From contig CAVOYH010000002.1 in assembly GCA_963700635.1 (NCBI GenBank), positions 128,001-192,000 on the forward strand: a DNA stretch of 64,000 nt, written 5' to 3'. Below the pieces are notes generated by a model. The model was not told the DNA's origin, did not search any database, and was given only the letters and a program-made list of their open reading frames with translations. This document shows, in pieces, positions 9,695 to 19,800 of this stretch (position 1 is the stretch's first letter; each line of letters begins with the position of its first letter). A program made the position numbers and the translations under genes. Source of the stretch: an uncultured Bacteroidota bacterium (lineage in GTDB: Bacteria; Bacteroidota; Ignavibacteria; UBA10030; UBA6906).

Positions 9695-11175
9695 TTTCGT
9701 GCGAGGCTCCTGTACAGCTGAATATACTTGCGGGCCGATGCTTCCCACGAGAAGTCTTTGGCCATGCCGTTTTTTATGAGCTTGCGCCATGCGGCGCTGT
9801 CTGCGTAGAGTGCGACGGCACGCTGCACAGTCTTCAACAGCGCGCTCCCCTCGTATTCGGTAAATTTGAATCCGGTGCCGGTACCCGCCGCCGGGTGAAA
9901 CTCCTCAACCGTATCATCAAGTCCGCCTGTCGCCCGCACGACGGGTGCAGTGCCGTACCGCATGCTGTAGATCTGATTAAGGCCGCACGGCTCATAACGG
10001 GAGGGCATAAGAAACATGTCGCTTCCTGCTTCGATGAGGTGGGCCAGATTGTTGTCGAATGTCAACGAGATGCCGACCTGCTGAGGATATTTCCGGGCGG
10101 CCTTTTCAAAGAGCACATGATACTTCTTTTCCCCCGTTCCCAGTACAACCAGCTGGACCTGCAGCTTCATCAGGTCATCAAGAGTCTCCCCGATAAGATC
10201 AAACCCCTTCTGATCCGCAAGTCGGGAGATGATGCCGATCACCGGCGTACGTTCCTGAAACGGGAGTCCGACTTTTGTGAGCAGGGCTTTTTTGTTTTCC
10301 ACCTTCAAGTCGATGGACCGGGCATCATATCGTTGAGGGATCAGCGTATCCACAGCCGGATCCCATACGGTATAGTCGGCACCGTTGAGGATGCCGGTGA
10401 GATCATGTTTTCGTTTTTCGAGGACCCCCTGAAGCCCGCAACCGAGCTCATCGGAACTGCGGATTTCCTTGGCGTAGCGTTCGCTCACGGTCGTCAGGGC
10501 GTCCGCGTGGATCAGACCCGCCTTGAGGAAATTCAGACTTCCATGAGCCATCACCCCGTGCTCTGTATGTTGCTCTGCGGGGAGAAGGGTGTGTGCAAGT
10601 GAGGCACGGGGAAAGACTCCCTGATACGCCATGTTGTGAATCGTGAAGACGGTTTTCGTGTCCTTGTAGAAGGGGTCGTCCTTGTAAAGCGTCTTGAGGT
10701 AGGCCGGAACCAGCCCTGTGGGCCAATCGTTGCAGTGAATGATGTCCGGCTGCCATCCAAGCTTTTTGAGAACCTCGAGTACCCCGCGGTTGAAAAAGGT
10801 GAAGCGGACGTCGTTGTCCGGAAAGTCCTTGTTTGTGTCGGGGTGCACATACAGCCCCTGCCGGCCAAAAAGCGTCGGGTTGTCAAGGAGATAGGTCTGA
10901 ACCTTGATCTGAGCGTTCGTAAGGAATGAAGATTTGACATTGGCGGTGAAGTGGCGGGTTCCCACCGGGATCTCAATATCCTTCAGCCGGATCATGTCAT
11001 GAAGCCGTGCCTTGCGTTCGTTGATGCTTCCATACCGGGGGAGCATCACACGGATTTCGTGATCAAGCTGGCGGATAACCTGGGGGAGTGCGCTGGAGAC
11101 GTCGGCCAGACCACCCGTTTTTGCGAATGGTTCCACCTCACTGGAGATGAATAGGACGTTAAGAGGACGGGGCAT
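9691..11175 (-). CDS. glgA: Glycogen/starch synthase (GT5)
   Basis: PFAKTGGLADV, HCNDW, TIHNMAYQG, ISRLADQKG, MPSRYEPCGLNQ, RATGGLDDTV. Confidence 0.95.
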   Translation of the reverse strand: MPRPLNVLFISSEVEPFAKTGGLADVSSALPQVIRQLDHEIRVMLPRYGSINERKARLHDMIRLKDIEIPVGTRHFTANVKSSFLTNAQIKVQTYLLDNPTLFGRQGLYVHPDTNKDFPDNDVRFTFFNRGVLEVLKKLGWQPDIIHCNDWPTGLVPAYLKTLYKDDPFYKDTKTVFTIHNMAYQGVFPRASLAHTLLPAEQHTEHGVMAHGSLNFLKAGLIHADALTTVSERYAKEIRSSDELGCGLQGVLEKRKHDLTGILNGADYTVWDPAVDTLIPQRYDARSIDLKVENKKALLTKVGLPFQERTPVIGIISRLADQKGFDLIGETLDDLMKLQVQLVVLGTGEKKYHVLFEKAARKYPQQVGISLTFDNNLAHLIEAGSDMFLMPSRYEPCGLNQIYSMRYGTAPVVRATGGLDDTVEEFHPAAGTGTGFKFTEYEGSALLKTVQRAVALYADSAAWRKLIKNGMAKDFSWEASARKYIQLYRSLARK

Positions 11176-11227
11176 GCCGCGCGAAAGCGAGTGGTCTGAT
11201 AGTGTGATTTTTCATTTTGAGCGTTGC

Positions 11228-11256
11228 AATGTAGCCATTTCCGTGCTGAGAATCAA
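11228..11256 (-). promoter_or_regulatory. Sigma70-type promoter for the glgA operon
   Basis: Minus strand reads TTGATT-17 nt-TACATT, upstream of glgA. Confidence 0.6.
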
Positions 11257-11283
11257 ATGATGTGTGCGTGAGCACATGACAAC

Positions 11284-11312
11284 TTGACAATTATGTGGGC
11301 AATGGCTATATT
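11284..11312 (+). promoter_or_regulatory. Sigma70-type promoter driving the structured RNA / porU leader
   Basis: TTGACA (11284-11289)-17 nt-TATATT (11307-11312). Confidence 0.75.
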
Positions 11313-11318
11313 GGTGCA

Positions 11319-11497
11319 GTACGATACACTACACATTGTGGAGCGCAGCCTATAGAGGTGTTTAGTTAAAGGTTGATGTACGAACTGTACGCAGGACGCG
11401 GGATCCTTTAACAGACATTCTATAACACGCTGGCGGCTCCATAAACATAGACCGCCGCCGAATGTTATGGAAGCAAAATAACGTTCGGTTTTTTTTT
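11319..11497 (+). ncRNA. Candidate structured RNA (cis-regulatory leader or sRNA), ~180 nt
   Basis: Bounded by the promoter and a terminator. Long interrupted hairpin 11336-11444: TTGTGGAGC/GCTCCATAA, TATAGA/TCTATA, GGTGTTT/AGACATT, GTTAAAGG/CCTTTAAC. Confidence 0.55.
11458..11497 (+). terminator. Intrinsic terminator upstream of porU
   Basis: CCGAATGTTAT-9 nt loop-ATAACGTTCGG followed by 9 T. Confidence 0.8.
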
Positions 11498-11521
11498 GTT
11501 TACAGGAAGGGCAGTCAACAC

Positions 11522-14500
11522 GTGCGCGTAACGGTTTCCTGGATGGACTGGCGGTGGGTATGTGTGGCGGCGTGTGTTGTCTTCATGGTGGCAGGCACGG
11601 GAACCGTGTCGGGCGGTGAAACACCGGGCGACCTTGCGCAGTCACAACGGGGCGAACAGGACACCCGCATCCTTTCATATACCGCGCGGTCTGTGGTCCT
11701 CGAGTACACTCCTCTGTACACACACACGGATACCGTTCAGACCGGTCAGAAAACCTTTGTCCGTTTTGCCTTTGCTGGCTCCGTTGACGCCATGTCTCCC
11801 GAACGTGCGGGAGCGCCAGATCTCCGATATCGCCTTCTCCCCCTTGCCTTCCCCTCGGCCGGCGTGCATCAGGTGCGGCTGATCTCTTCTGATTATGAGG
11901 TCCTGGGCAACATCGACCTGCTTCCGGTTCCCAGAGTGCGGGTAAGCGACGGCATGTTCGAGGTCGCCGGGTACGAAACTGACCCCCAGCTGTACGGTCG
12001 CCCGGGTTTAATCCCGGACAACCCTGCGGACCTGACCGCACCGCAATTGGTGCGGAGCCTCCTGCTCGGCGGTGTTCGGCTCTGGCCTATCCAGTACGAT
12101 CCGGTTTCACGCACCGTGCGTCGCTCCTCCCGGATGGTGGTGGAAATTGAGTTTGCGCCCGGTACCGCGGTGCAGGTGGATGATCAGGATGTTCGATTGC
12201 TGGGGCCGTCCGTTGTAAACGAAAAAACACTCTTGTCCCTTCCGCGCCGCGGGCAGGTGTTTGCAAAATCGGCTCAGGTTTCAAGTGTGCTTGCTTCCGG
12301 GAATTGGTTCCGCATCCCGGTGACCGAGGAGGGGATCTACAGAATTGACGCCGCGTATCTTTCTGCGGCAGGTATTGCAGTCAGCAGCCTTGATCCACGC
12401 ACAATTCGCATCTATGGTAATGGTGGAGAGGAGCTGCCGGAAAATGTCACAGCCGCCAGACCGGTGGATCTTGTGGAGAACGCGATCTACGTTGAAGGTG
12501 AGGCCGACGGTCAATTTGGAACCTCCGACTACGTGCTTTTTTATGGCCGGTCACCGCGCGGATGGAAGTACGATGGCAGCGCGAAGACATGGCGGCACTT
12601 TATTAACCGCTACACGGAAACAAACTACTACTGGCTGACCTTCGGCGGCGCGAGCGGAAAACGTATGGCTGATGTACCATCGTCCACGGCACCGGCTTCA
12701 CTGGTCGTCGAGAAGTTTACCGACGGGGTCTTTGTCGAAGAAGAAAAAGTCAACAAACTGAGCTCCGGCAAAGACTGGTACGGTCAGTCGATCAGCGGCC
12801 CGAGTGGATCGTTCACGCACGTGAACATCCTTCCCGGTCTCGTGCCGAATGATATCATCAGGTACCGGTACACGCTCGTCGCCCACGATGAAACAACTCC
12901 CCGGTTTACCGTGACGGATGGCAGTACGACACTCGGAATCCACACGCTCCCATCCTCCTCCATGGCATATTATCTGTATTCGACCGCGGGGACCTTCGAA
13001 GCCACCGGGACGTCGAACGTGAACGCGAATACGAGCCAGTTCCATGTCGCCTACACCTCCGGCAGTGCCGCCTCAGAGGCGTGGATCGACTGGGTGGAGA
13101 TCCTGTATCCGCGCATGTTATGGGGTGTGAACAACAGTTTGCGGTTCCGCACGCCTGACGCGGATGGTATCGCGGAATACCGCCTGCAGCAGTTTACCTC
13201 GCGTCCGATGATCTTCCAGGTAACCGATCCCGCCAACGTGCGCCTGGTCTCCGGCGTAACCGGTTCGTATGCGTTCCGGGACACCCTGGTGGCCGGACGT
13301 GTATCGGACTACTGGGCAACAGCTGTGGGGGCCTGGAAGACTCCCTCTGCAGCTCAGAAGATTTCCAACCAGGATTTGCGGGGGTACAGTGCCGGTGCCG
13401 ATTTTATCATCCTCACGAGCTCGGAATTCCGTTCGCCGGCGGACCGCCTCGGGGCATTTCGTGAAAAGCCGGAGAATGGCGGCCTCAAGACACTCATCGT
13501 CGATGTCGCCGCGATCTACAACGAGTTTGGTGGCGGTTTGCCGGACATCACGGCGATCCGGGACTATCTGAAATATGCTTACGATACGTGGTCCCCGCGT
13601 CCGACGTTTGTCCTCATGTTCGGCGGCGCCTCTTTCGACTATAAGGGGATCCTTGGCGCCAAGTCAAGCTATGTTCCGACCTGGCAGAGTCCGGAGTCGC
13701 GTCACGACATCAACAGCTATTGTTCGGACGACTTTTTTGCGAAGTTTAATCTCGGAAATGCGCCGTCGCTGGTGCTTGGAAGGATCTCCTCGCGGACAGT
13801 CGCCGAAGCGAACATTGTTGTCGACAAGATCATCCGGTACCAGCAGGAGAGTGTGAATGACGCATGGAAGATGCGCATGCTCTATATCGGGGATGATTCT
13901 TGGACAACCGAAGGCGGCGACTTCCAGGATGGCACATTGCACAGCGATGACGCCGAAACGCTCAGCCTCCCGTTTTTCACGCCGGAAGAATTTGAGAAGC
14001 GCAAGATTCATATCGCGGAATACCCGACGGCGTTCACGGCACAGGGACGCCGGAAGCCGGGAGCGGCACAGGAAATTATTGACCTGGTAAATCAGGGGAT
14101 TCTGGTTCTTAACTACTCCGGCCACGGCAATCCGAACGTCTGGGCCCATGAACGGATCTTCGAAGTCACGACGTCCATCCCCCCGATGACAAATCGGAAT
14201 CGACTGGCCCTGTTTATCCTGGCGACCTGTAATTTTTCCCAGTTTGATGATCCGCGCAGTTATACGGGCGCTGAACTCCTTATGAACAAGTCCGATGGCG
14301 GAGCAATGGGCGTGATCTCCGCCTCCCGAAAAGTGTACGCTTCCAGCAATGCAAAGCTGAATCAGGGTACCTACCGGCGTCTGTTCTCGCGGGACGCCTA
14401 CAATCGTGTTGTGGTCGAACGACCGGCGACGGCGCTGTTCATGTACAAAGCGACCGGTGGAAATGACGACAACGATCAGAAGTTTTTCTTTATGGGCGAC

Positions 14501-15622
14501 CCGACAGTCCGCCTGGCCTATCCGCAGGGATACGCGGTGATTGACAGCATCAACGGAGAACGGGTCGACAGTGTCGGCGGAGTTCCGCGTCAAACCCCCA
14601 TTACCCTGAAAGCGCTGAGCCGCGTGACCGTGAGTGGTACCGTTCGGGATGCCAACAACACAACGGACGCCGGCTTCAACGGCGTGTTGCAGTTGCGGGT
14701 GAACGATGTCACCCGGCAACAGCTGATCGTCAACTTTTATCCGGGACGCAACTGGTCGTATACTTCAACCGGAGGGACAATCTACCGGGGCGACAACTCC
14801 ATAACGCAGGGGAAGTTCCGCGCAACCTTCGTCGTTCCGAAAGACATTTCGTACGCCGATACCACGGGGCGCGGACGTGTAGTCGGATATTTTTCAAACG
14901 GAGCCGCCGATGGCGCGGGTTTTACCGGACTGCTTCGTATCGGAGGGACTGATTCAACCGCTGCCAATGACGGCGAGGGGCCGCGTATGCGGATCTATCT
15001 GGGAACCCGCGGTTTCAGACCCGGTGATGTCGTCACCGAAAAACCGACATTACTTGTAGACCTACAGGACTCGAGCGGTGTGAACACATCGACAGCGGGT
15101 ATCGGGCACCGGATCGAGGCGTGGATTAACAGCAGCATTCAGAGTAAAGATCTGACCGAATTTTATACAAGTACACGGGACGATTTCCGGGAGGGTTCGG
15201 TACAGTATCAACTTGCGAATCTGCCCGCCGGACGCAATACGATCAGGGTCAGAGCATGGGATTCCTATAACAACTCGTCGGTCGAGGAAACCTATTTTGA
15301 TGTGGCCTCCTCGGACCGGTTGAGCGTCAGCAACGTGTTTAACTACCCCAATCCGTTTTCGGGCGAAACGTTGTTCACGTTCCGGCAGAATCTCAGCGCT
15401 CCGCTCGATGTGGAAGTAAAGGTGTATACCCTTGCAGGCAGGTTGATCCAGTCGATTCAAACGATCGCAAACGGAGAGCCTATGGTGCGGGTTCCGTGGG
15501 ATGGAAGGGATAGGGATGGCGATCTGCCGGCAAATGGTGTATATTTGTACAAGCTCATAGTACGAACAACGGACGGCAGGTTCGCCAGTGAAGCACTCGG
15601 CAAGCTGACGGTCCTGCGGTGA
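11522..15622 (+). CDS. porU: T9SS sortase PorU (C25/gingipain family) with C-terminal T9SS CTD
   Basis: SSVLASGNWFRI..TEEGIYRID, IRIYGNGG..LPE, catalytic NYSGHG (His) and ATCNFS (Cys), MGDP, CTD NYPNPF...GVYLYK...KLTVLR. The ORF-track start 11462 lies inside the terminator, so GTG 11522 (after AGGAAGG) or ATG 11543 is more likely. Confidence 0.9.
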   Translation: MRVTVSWMDWRWVCVAACVVFMVAGTGTVSGGETPGDLAQSQRGEQDTRILSYTARSVVLEYTPLYTHTDTVQTGQKTFVRFAFAGSVDAMSPERAGAPDLRYRLLPLAFPSAGVHQVRLISSDYEVLGNIDLLPVPRVRVSDGMFEVAGYETDPQLYGRPGLIPDNPADLTAPQLVRSLLLGGVRLWPIQYDPVSRTVRRSSRMVVEIEFAPGTAVQVDDQDVRLLGPSVVNEKTLLSLPRRGQVFAKSAQVSSVLASGNWFRIPVTEEGIYRIDAAYLSAAGIAVSSLDPRTIRIYGNGGEELPENVTAARPVDLVENAIYVEGEADGQFGTSDYVLFYGRSPRGWKYDGSAKTWRHFINRYTETNYYWLTFGGASGKRMADVPSSTAPASLVVEKFTDGVFVEEEKVNKLSSGKDWYGQSISGPSGSFTHVNILPGLVPNDIIRYRYTLVAHDETTPRFTVTDGSTTLGIHTLPSSSMAYYLYSTAGTFEATGTSNVNANTSQFHVAYTSGSAASEAWIDWVEILYPRMLWGVNNSLRFRTPDADGIAEYRLQQFTSRPMIFQVTDPANVRLVSGVTGSYAFRDTLVAGRVSDYWATAVGAWKTPSAAQKISNQDLRGYSAGADFIILTSSEFRSPADRLGAFREKPENGGLKTLIVDVAAIYNEFGGGLPDITAIRDYLKYAYDTWSPRPTFVLMFGGASFDYKGILGAKSSYVPTWQSPESRHDINSYCSDDFFAKFNLGNAPSLVLGRISSRTVAEANIVVDKIIRYQQESVNDAWKMRMLYIGDDSWTTEGGDFQDGTLHSDDAETLSLPFFTPEEFEKRKIHIAEYPTAFTAQGRRKPGAAQEIIDLVNQGILVLNYSGHGNPNVWAHERIFEVTTSIPPMTNRNRLALFILATCNFSQFDDPRSYTGAELLMNKSDGGAMGVISASRKVYASSNAKLNQGTYRRLFSRDAYNRVVVERPATALFMYKATGGNDDNDQKFFFMGDPTVRLAYPQGYAVIDSINGERVDSVGGVPRQTPITLKALSRVTVSGTVRDANNTTDAGFNGVLQLRVNDVTRQQLIVNFYPGRNWSYTSTGGTIYRGDNSITQGKFRATFVVPKDISYADTTGRGRVVGYFSNGAADGAGFTGLLRIGGTDSTAANDGEGPRMRIYLGTRGFRPGDVVTEKPTLLVDLQDSSGVNTSTAGIGHRIEAWINSSIQSKDLTEFYTSTRDDFREGSVQYQLANLPAGRNTIRVRAWDSYNNSSVEETYFDVASSDRLSVSNVFNYPNPFSGETLFTFRQNLSAPLDVEVKVYTLAGRLIQSIQTIANGEPMVRVPWDGRDRDGDLPANGVYLYKLIVRTTDGRFASEALGKLTVLR

Positions 15623-15674
15623 GACAGAACGAATTCACAGGCAACATATTGTTTGATCAGGAGGATTTTTTCAC

Positions 15675-16793
15675 ATGAAGACCAAGAATGTATCCAGCGC
15701 CATCGTACCGTTGCTGCTGACCATACTCCTCGTTGCCGGAGTCTGCGGTGAAGCGCGCGCACAGGGGGAGTCGGCCGTTCCGTTTCTGCTCATCGCGCCG
15801 AATTCCCGCGCTTCCGGGATGGGAGAATCAGGGACAGGCGTCGTAGACGATGCATCGGCGATATTCTGGAATCCCGCCGCCCTCGCATTTATGAAAGGGC
15901 AGGAAGTCAGCATCACGCACGCCAACTGGCTCCCGCAGTTTAACCTCCCGGATCTGTTCTATGATCATCTGAACTACCGGATGGATATTGATGCAATCGG
16001 AGGCACGATCGGCGCCAGCGTTACGTATCTGAGCCTGGGTGAATTTGCTGTGACGAATTCGTCCGGACCGACCGTGATCGACAAGTTTAAATCCTTCGAG
16101 TATGCCGTGACGGCCGGCTACGCCACAAAGGCCACGGATGATCTCGGGGTGGGGATGAATGTGCGGTTTATCCATAGCGCACTTTCGCCCATTGGGACGG
16201 AATCCGAACAGGGTAACGGAATCGCGTCCACGGTGAGCTTTGACCTTGCGATGATGTACCGGCCGCAAACGTTGAATGTTCCGCTGCTCGGCGATCTTGG
16301 CAAACGGTTCAGCTTCGGTGTGAACCTCTCCAACCTCGGACCAAAAGTCACCTACGTCGATGCGGATCAGGCGGATCCCCTGCCGACAAACCTGCGCGTC
16401 GGGATGGGATACAAGGTTCTGGATGATGAATACAACAGCCTGCAGATGGCGGTGGACTTCAGCCGCCTTCTGGTTCGCCGGCGCGAGGACCAGACCTCCG
16501 ATCCGTTCTACAAGGCGCTGTTCACCGCATGGAGTGACGGGAGCGGCATCCGGAAAATCATCGTAAGCGGCGGGGCGGAATACTGGTACGGATCACCGCG
16601 GCTCATCGCGCTCCGCATCGGATACTTCTACGAAAGCCCGAGTTTCGGAAACCGGAAATTCCTCACCTTCGGAGCAGGCATCCGGTACGATATCTACGGA
16701 TTCGACTTCAGCTATATTTCGGCGTCGGATAATCATCCACTTTCAGACACCATCAGATTTTCCCTCCTCATTGCCTGGGGAGGGACGGAGTAA
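15675..16793 (+). CDS. porV: T9SS outer-membrane shuttle PorV
   Basis: AVPFLLIAPNSRASGMGE, FWNPA, NLSNLGPK..Y, LPTNLR.G, GNRKFLTFGAG; directly follows porU. Confidence 0.9.
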   Translation: MKTKNVSSAIVPLLLTILLVAGVCGEARAQGESAVPFLLIAPNSRASGMGESGTGVVDDASAIFWNPAALAFMKGQEVSITHANWLPQFNLPDLFYDHLNYRMDIDAIGGTIGASVTYLSLGEFAVTNSSGPTVIDKFKSFEYAVTAGYATKATDDLGVGMNVRFIHSALSPIGTESEQGNGIASTVSFDLAMMYRPQTLNVPLLGDLGKRFSFGVNLSNLGPKVTYVDADQADPLPTNLRVGMGYKVLDDEYNSLQMAVDFSRLLVRRREDQTSDPFYKALFTAWSDGSGIRKIIVSGGAEYWYGSPRLIALRIGYFYESPSFGNRKFLTFGAGIRYDIYGFDFSYISASDNHPLSDTIRFSLLIAWGGTE

Positions 16794-16801
16794 GAATGTA
16801 G

Positions 16802-19800
16802 ATGACCCGACTCTGTGGCGTCCTTCTCGCCCTGTCAATACCCTTGACGTTGGTGGGGCAGTTTCTAGATCACGCGCTTATCAGTTCACCTGCCGACGTG
16901 CCCAGCGCACGTCGGTCGTTTTCCGCATTACCGGATACGATCGACGTTCTGGCGGTGATGGTGCAATTCCAGCAGGATACCGACTCCCGATCATCAGGAA
17001 CCGGACAGTTCGACCTCTCCACCGTCACCACGGCTGACGTTCCCATCGATGCCCCGCCGCGCAACGCCGCGTATTTTCATGACCATCTTGACTTCCTCGC
17101 GTCGTATTATAAGCAGGTCTCAAAAGGCAAGGTAATCATCCGCGCTACGCTTATCCCGGACGTGATCACGTTGCCCTCGGTGATGGCACGCTACAGCCCG
17201 GTAAAAAACGGGCCGAATACTCCCGTGGCCGACCTCGCCCGCGACACCTGGCGGAGGGCAGACTCGCTCGGAGTGATAACGGGTATTGAGACATTCGAAG
17301 CCTTTATCGTTTTCCATGCGGGCGTGGGGCGCGATATTGACCTTGTCGGCGCCCTCGGATACGATCCGGCGCCTCTTGATATCCCTTCGCTCTACCTCGG
17401 CGCCGGTGCCTTTCAGGAAGCGCACGGTTCGCCCGGCATCCCCGTGCGGGGGGGCTCTTTCCTCGTGCCCAATTCGCTCATCATCCCCGAAACGGAAAGC
17501 CGTTCAGTCCCCGGCCTGACGGGAGACGTGTTTCTTGAGTACGGAATCAACGGTCTCCTCTGCGCCTCCCTGGGAAACTATCTCGGTCTTCCGGATTTGT
17601 TCGACACAAAAACTGGACGGTCAGGCATCGGTGGGTTCGGACTTATGGATGGCCAGTCGATTTTCAGCTTCAGCGGCGCCTTTCCGCCGGAGCCGTCGGC
17701 CTGGGAAAAATACTGGCTCGGCTGGATTGAACCAATTCAGGTTCAACCCGGCTCGACACTGCTTTCACTTCCTGCCGTTGCGCTTGCCGATTCGATCTAC
17801 CGCGTGCCTATCGGTGCCCGGGAATACTACCTCGTGGAAAACCGCAACCGCGATCCACGGCAGGATGGTCAGCGTATTACCATGGTCGTCAATGGTGCAA
17901 CGAAAACACAATCCTTTGCGCGCGACACGGCCGGTTTTAATGCTTTTGATATCTCGGCACTGGAGGGTTCCGTTACTGCAGTCGAAGATTTTGACTGGAG
18001 CCTTCCCGGCGGTGTGGATAACGCCGGAACATTTTATGATGGCGGCATCCTGATCTGGCACATTGACGAAAGCGTGATCGCATCGGACCTTGCAACAAAC
18101 ACGATCAACGCCAACCCCTCCCGGAGGGGCGTTGACGTTGAGGAAGCTGATGGATCCCAGGATATCGGGCAGGAGTATGGATTCCTTTCGGCAGGGGGCG
18201 GGAGTGAAAACGGAACTGCGCTGGATTTCTGGTACCAGGGGAATTCCTCCCCGGTGAACAAGAACACGTTCGGTGCGAATACATATCCCCCGACCCTGAG
18301 TAATGACGGCGCTCTTGCTCATGTGACAATGCAGGAGTTCAGCGCACGCGGCCCCCGTATGTCGGTTCGCGTGATAGTCGGGGATGAGCAGATACAACCT
18401 CTGGCCGGATTCCCGAAGGAAACGCGGCGGCAACTCCCGCCCCATGCGCTCACGGTTGCACCTCCGGGGCCGACATCCAGTCCGGGTATCTTTGTGACAA
18501 CTGTAACCACGGCATCGCCTCCCATCCGCGGAACTACAAGCGCATCAGCTCCCGCCGAGGCCATCGGGTTCGGTTGGAGAATTGACGGCAAGCCGGTTCT
18601 TGGTACCGGGAGAGGGGATGGAACACTTTTGCAGGGTGACGGAGCCCGTTTCCTGTCCGGCACATCAGTCACAGATCTGAACGCCGATGGCGTGGCGGAC
18701 ATCCTGGTTGGAGCTTCCGGAGTGGGAGGGTTTGCCCGGGGTTACACGCTCCAGGATACAAACAGCGACAGTCTGGCTGATCCTCTCTTTTCTCTTCAGC
18801 TCACGGCCCCTTCTGGTATGCCCCCGCTCCCGGAGCCAGATCACCAAACAGGCCTTTCTGCATTTCCGCCCATTCCGGGTCCGACATTGCTTGCGGTGGC
18901 AGGTGACAGCGGCAGCGTTCGTTGGGTCACAAAGGGCGGGGTGTTTATAGCCACTGAACGTGTTCTGGCCGATGCCACGGCCTCCGTCGCCGGCATCAGC
19001 CGGTTCGCGAGCCTGCATTCATTTATCATCACAGGAACGGACGGTACTGTTGCGATACGATCCAGAATGTTTCCGTCCGGTGCTATTACTGGTGACCCCC
19101 GGCGGACGCTCGGGCAATCCATTGCGGGTCCGGCGGCGAGCGGCACGTTTGGTTCGGCTGTACGCATCGCAGTTGGGACGACGGATGGCTGGGTCTATCT
19201 CCTGAATGACATGCTGGAGACAGTGCCGGGATTCCCGGTAAAGGCCGGAACCCGGCTCAGTGATCCGCCTGCCATCGCCGATGTTGACGGTGACGGGCAA
19301 CGTGATATCGTGGTCTTCTCCGGCAACCGTATCCTGGTGTGGAATGCCGCGGGAGTGCTGGCAGATAATTTCCCCGTGATCCTCCCAACGGAAGACGCTC
19401 TTTTGTCGGCCCCGGTTGTGGGGGATGTGAATGGAGACGGTCTTCCTGATATCGTCGGTGCAACGGAGCGGGGACTTCTTGTTGCCTACGACAGGACCGG
19501 GAAGCCGGTTTCTGGTTTCCCTCTGCTCGCGGGCTCGGGCCGCCACTCGGTTGCCATTTTCACCGCGACAGACTCTATTATTGTGGCTGCCGCGTCGGGT
19601 GAAGACGGATCTGTGTCCGCCTGGCTGACAGGCAGAGCTACGCTTCCCGTGCAGGCGAGCCGTTATCCATGGCCGCAGTTCCAGCGCGATGCGGCGCATT
19701 CGGGCCTGGATACGACGCGGATCACCGGAACGTCACCGTCCACCGACTTTTTCCCCCCGTCAAGGGCCTACAACTGGCCCAACCCGGCGTATGATGGGAA

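Noticed and set aside
9691-9790. Apparent 100-nt overlap between glgA and gmhB
   Set aside because: Artefact of longest-ORF calling; GTG 9694 gives a normal 4-nt overlap.
9517-10602. 361-aa plus-strand ORF, and similar long antisense ORFs (13664-14719, 27406-28392, 30052-30990, 41691-42713)
   Set aside because: They lie antisense to well-supported genes, show no recognisable motifs, and are expected shadows in GC-rich coding DNA.
11319-11497. Calling the leader RNA 6S or SRP RNA
   Set aside because: No SRP domain IV signature, no clear large central bubble, and the typical 6S gene context is absent. Left as an unnamed candidate pending an Rfam search.
11462-11521. ORF-track N-terminus of PorU (MLWKQNNVRFFF)
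   Set aside because: It is encoded by the terminator hairpin and T-tract, so it is not a plausible translated start.
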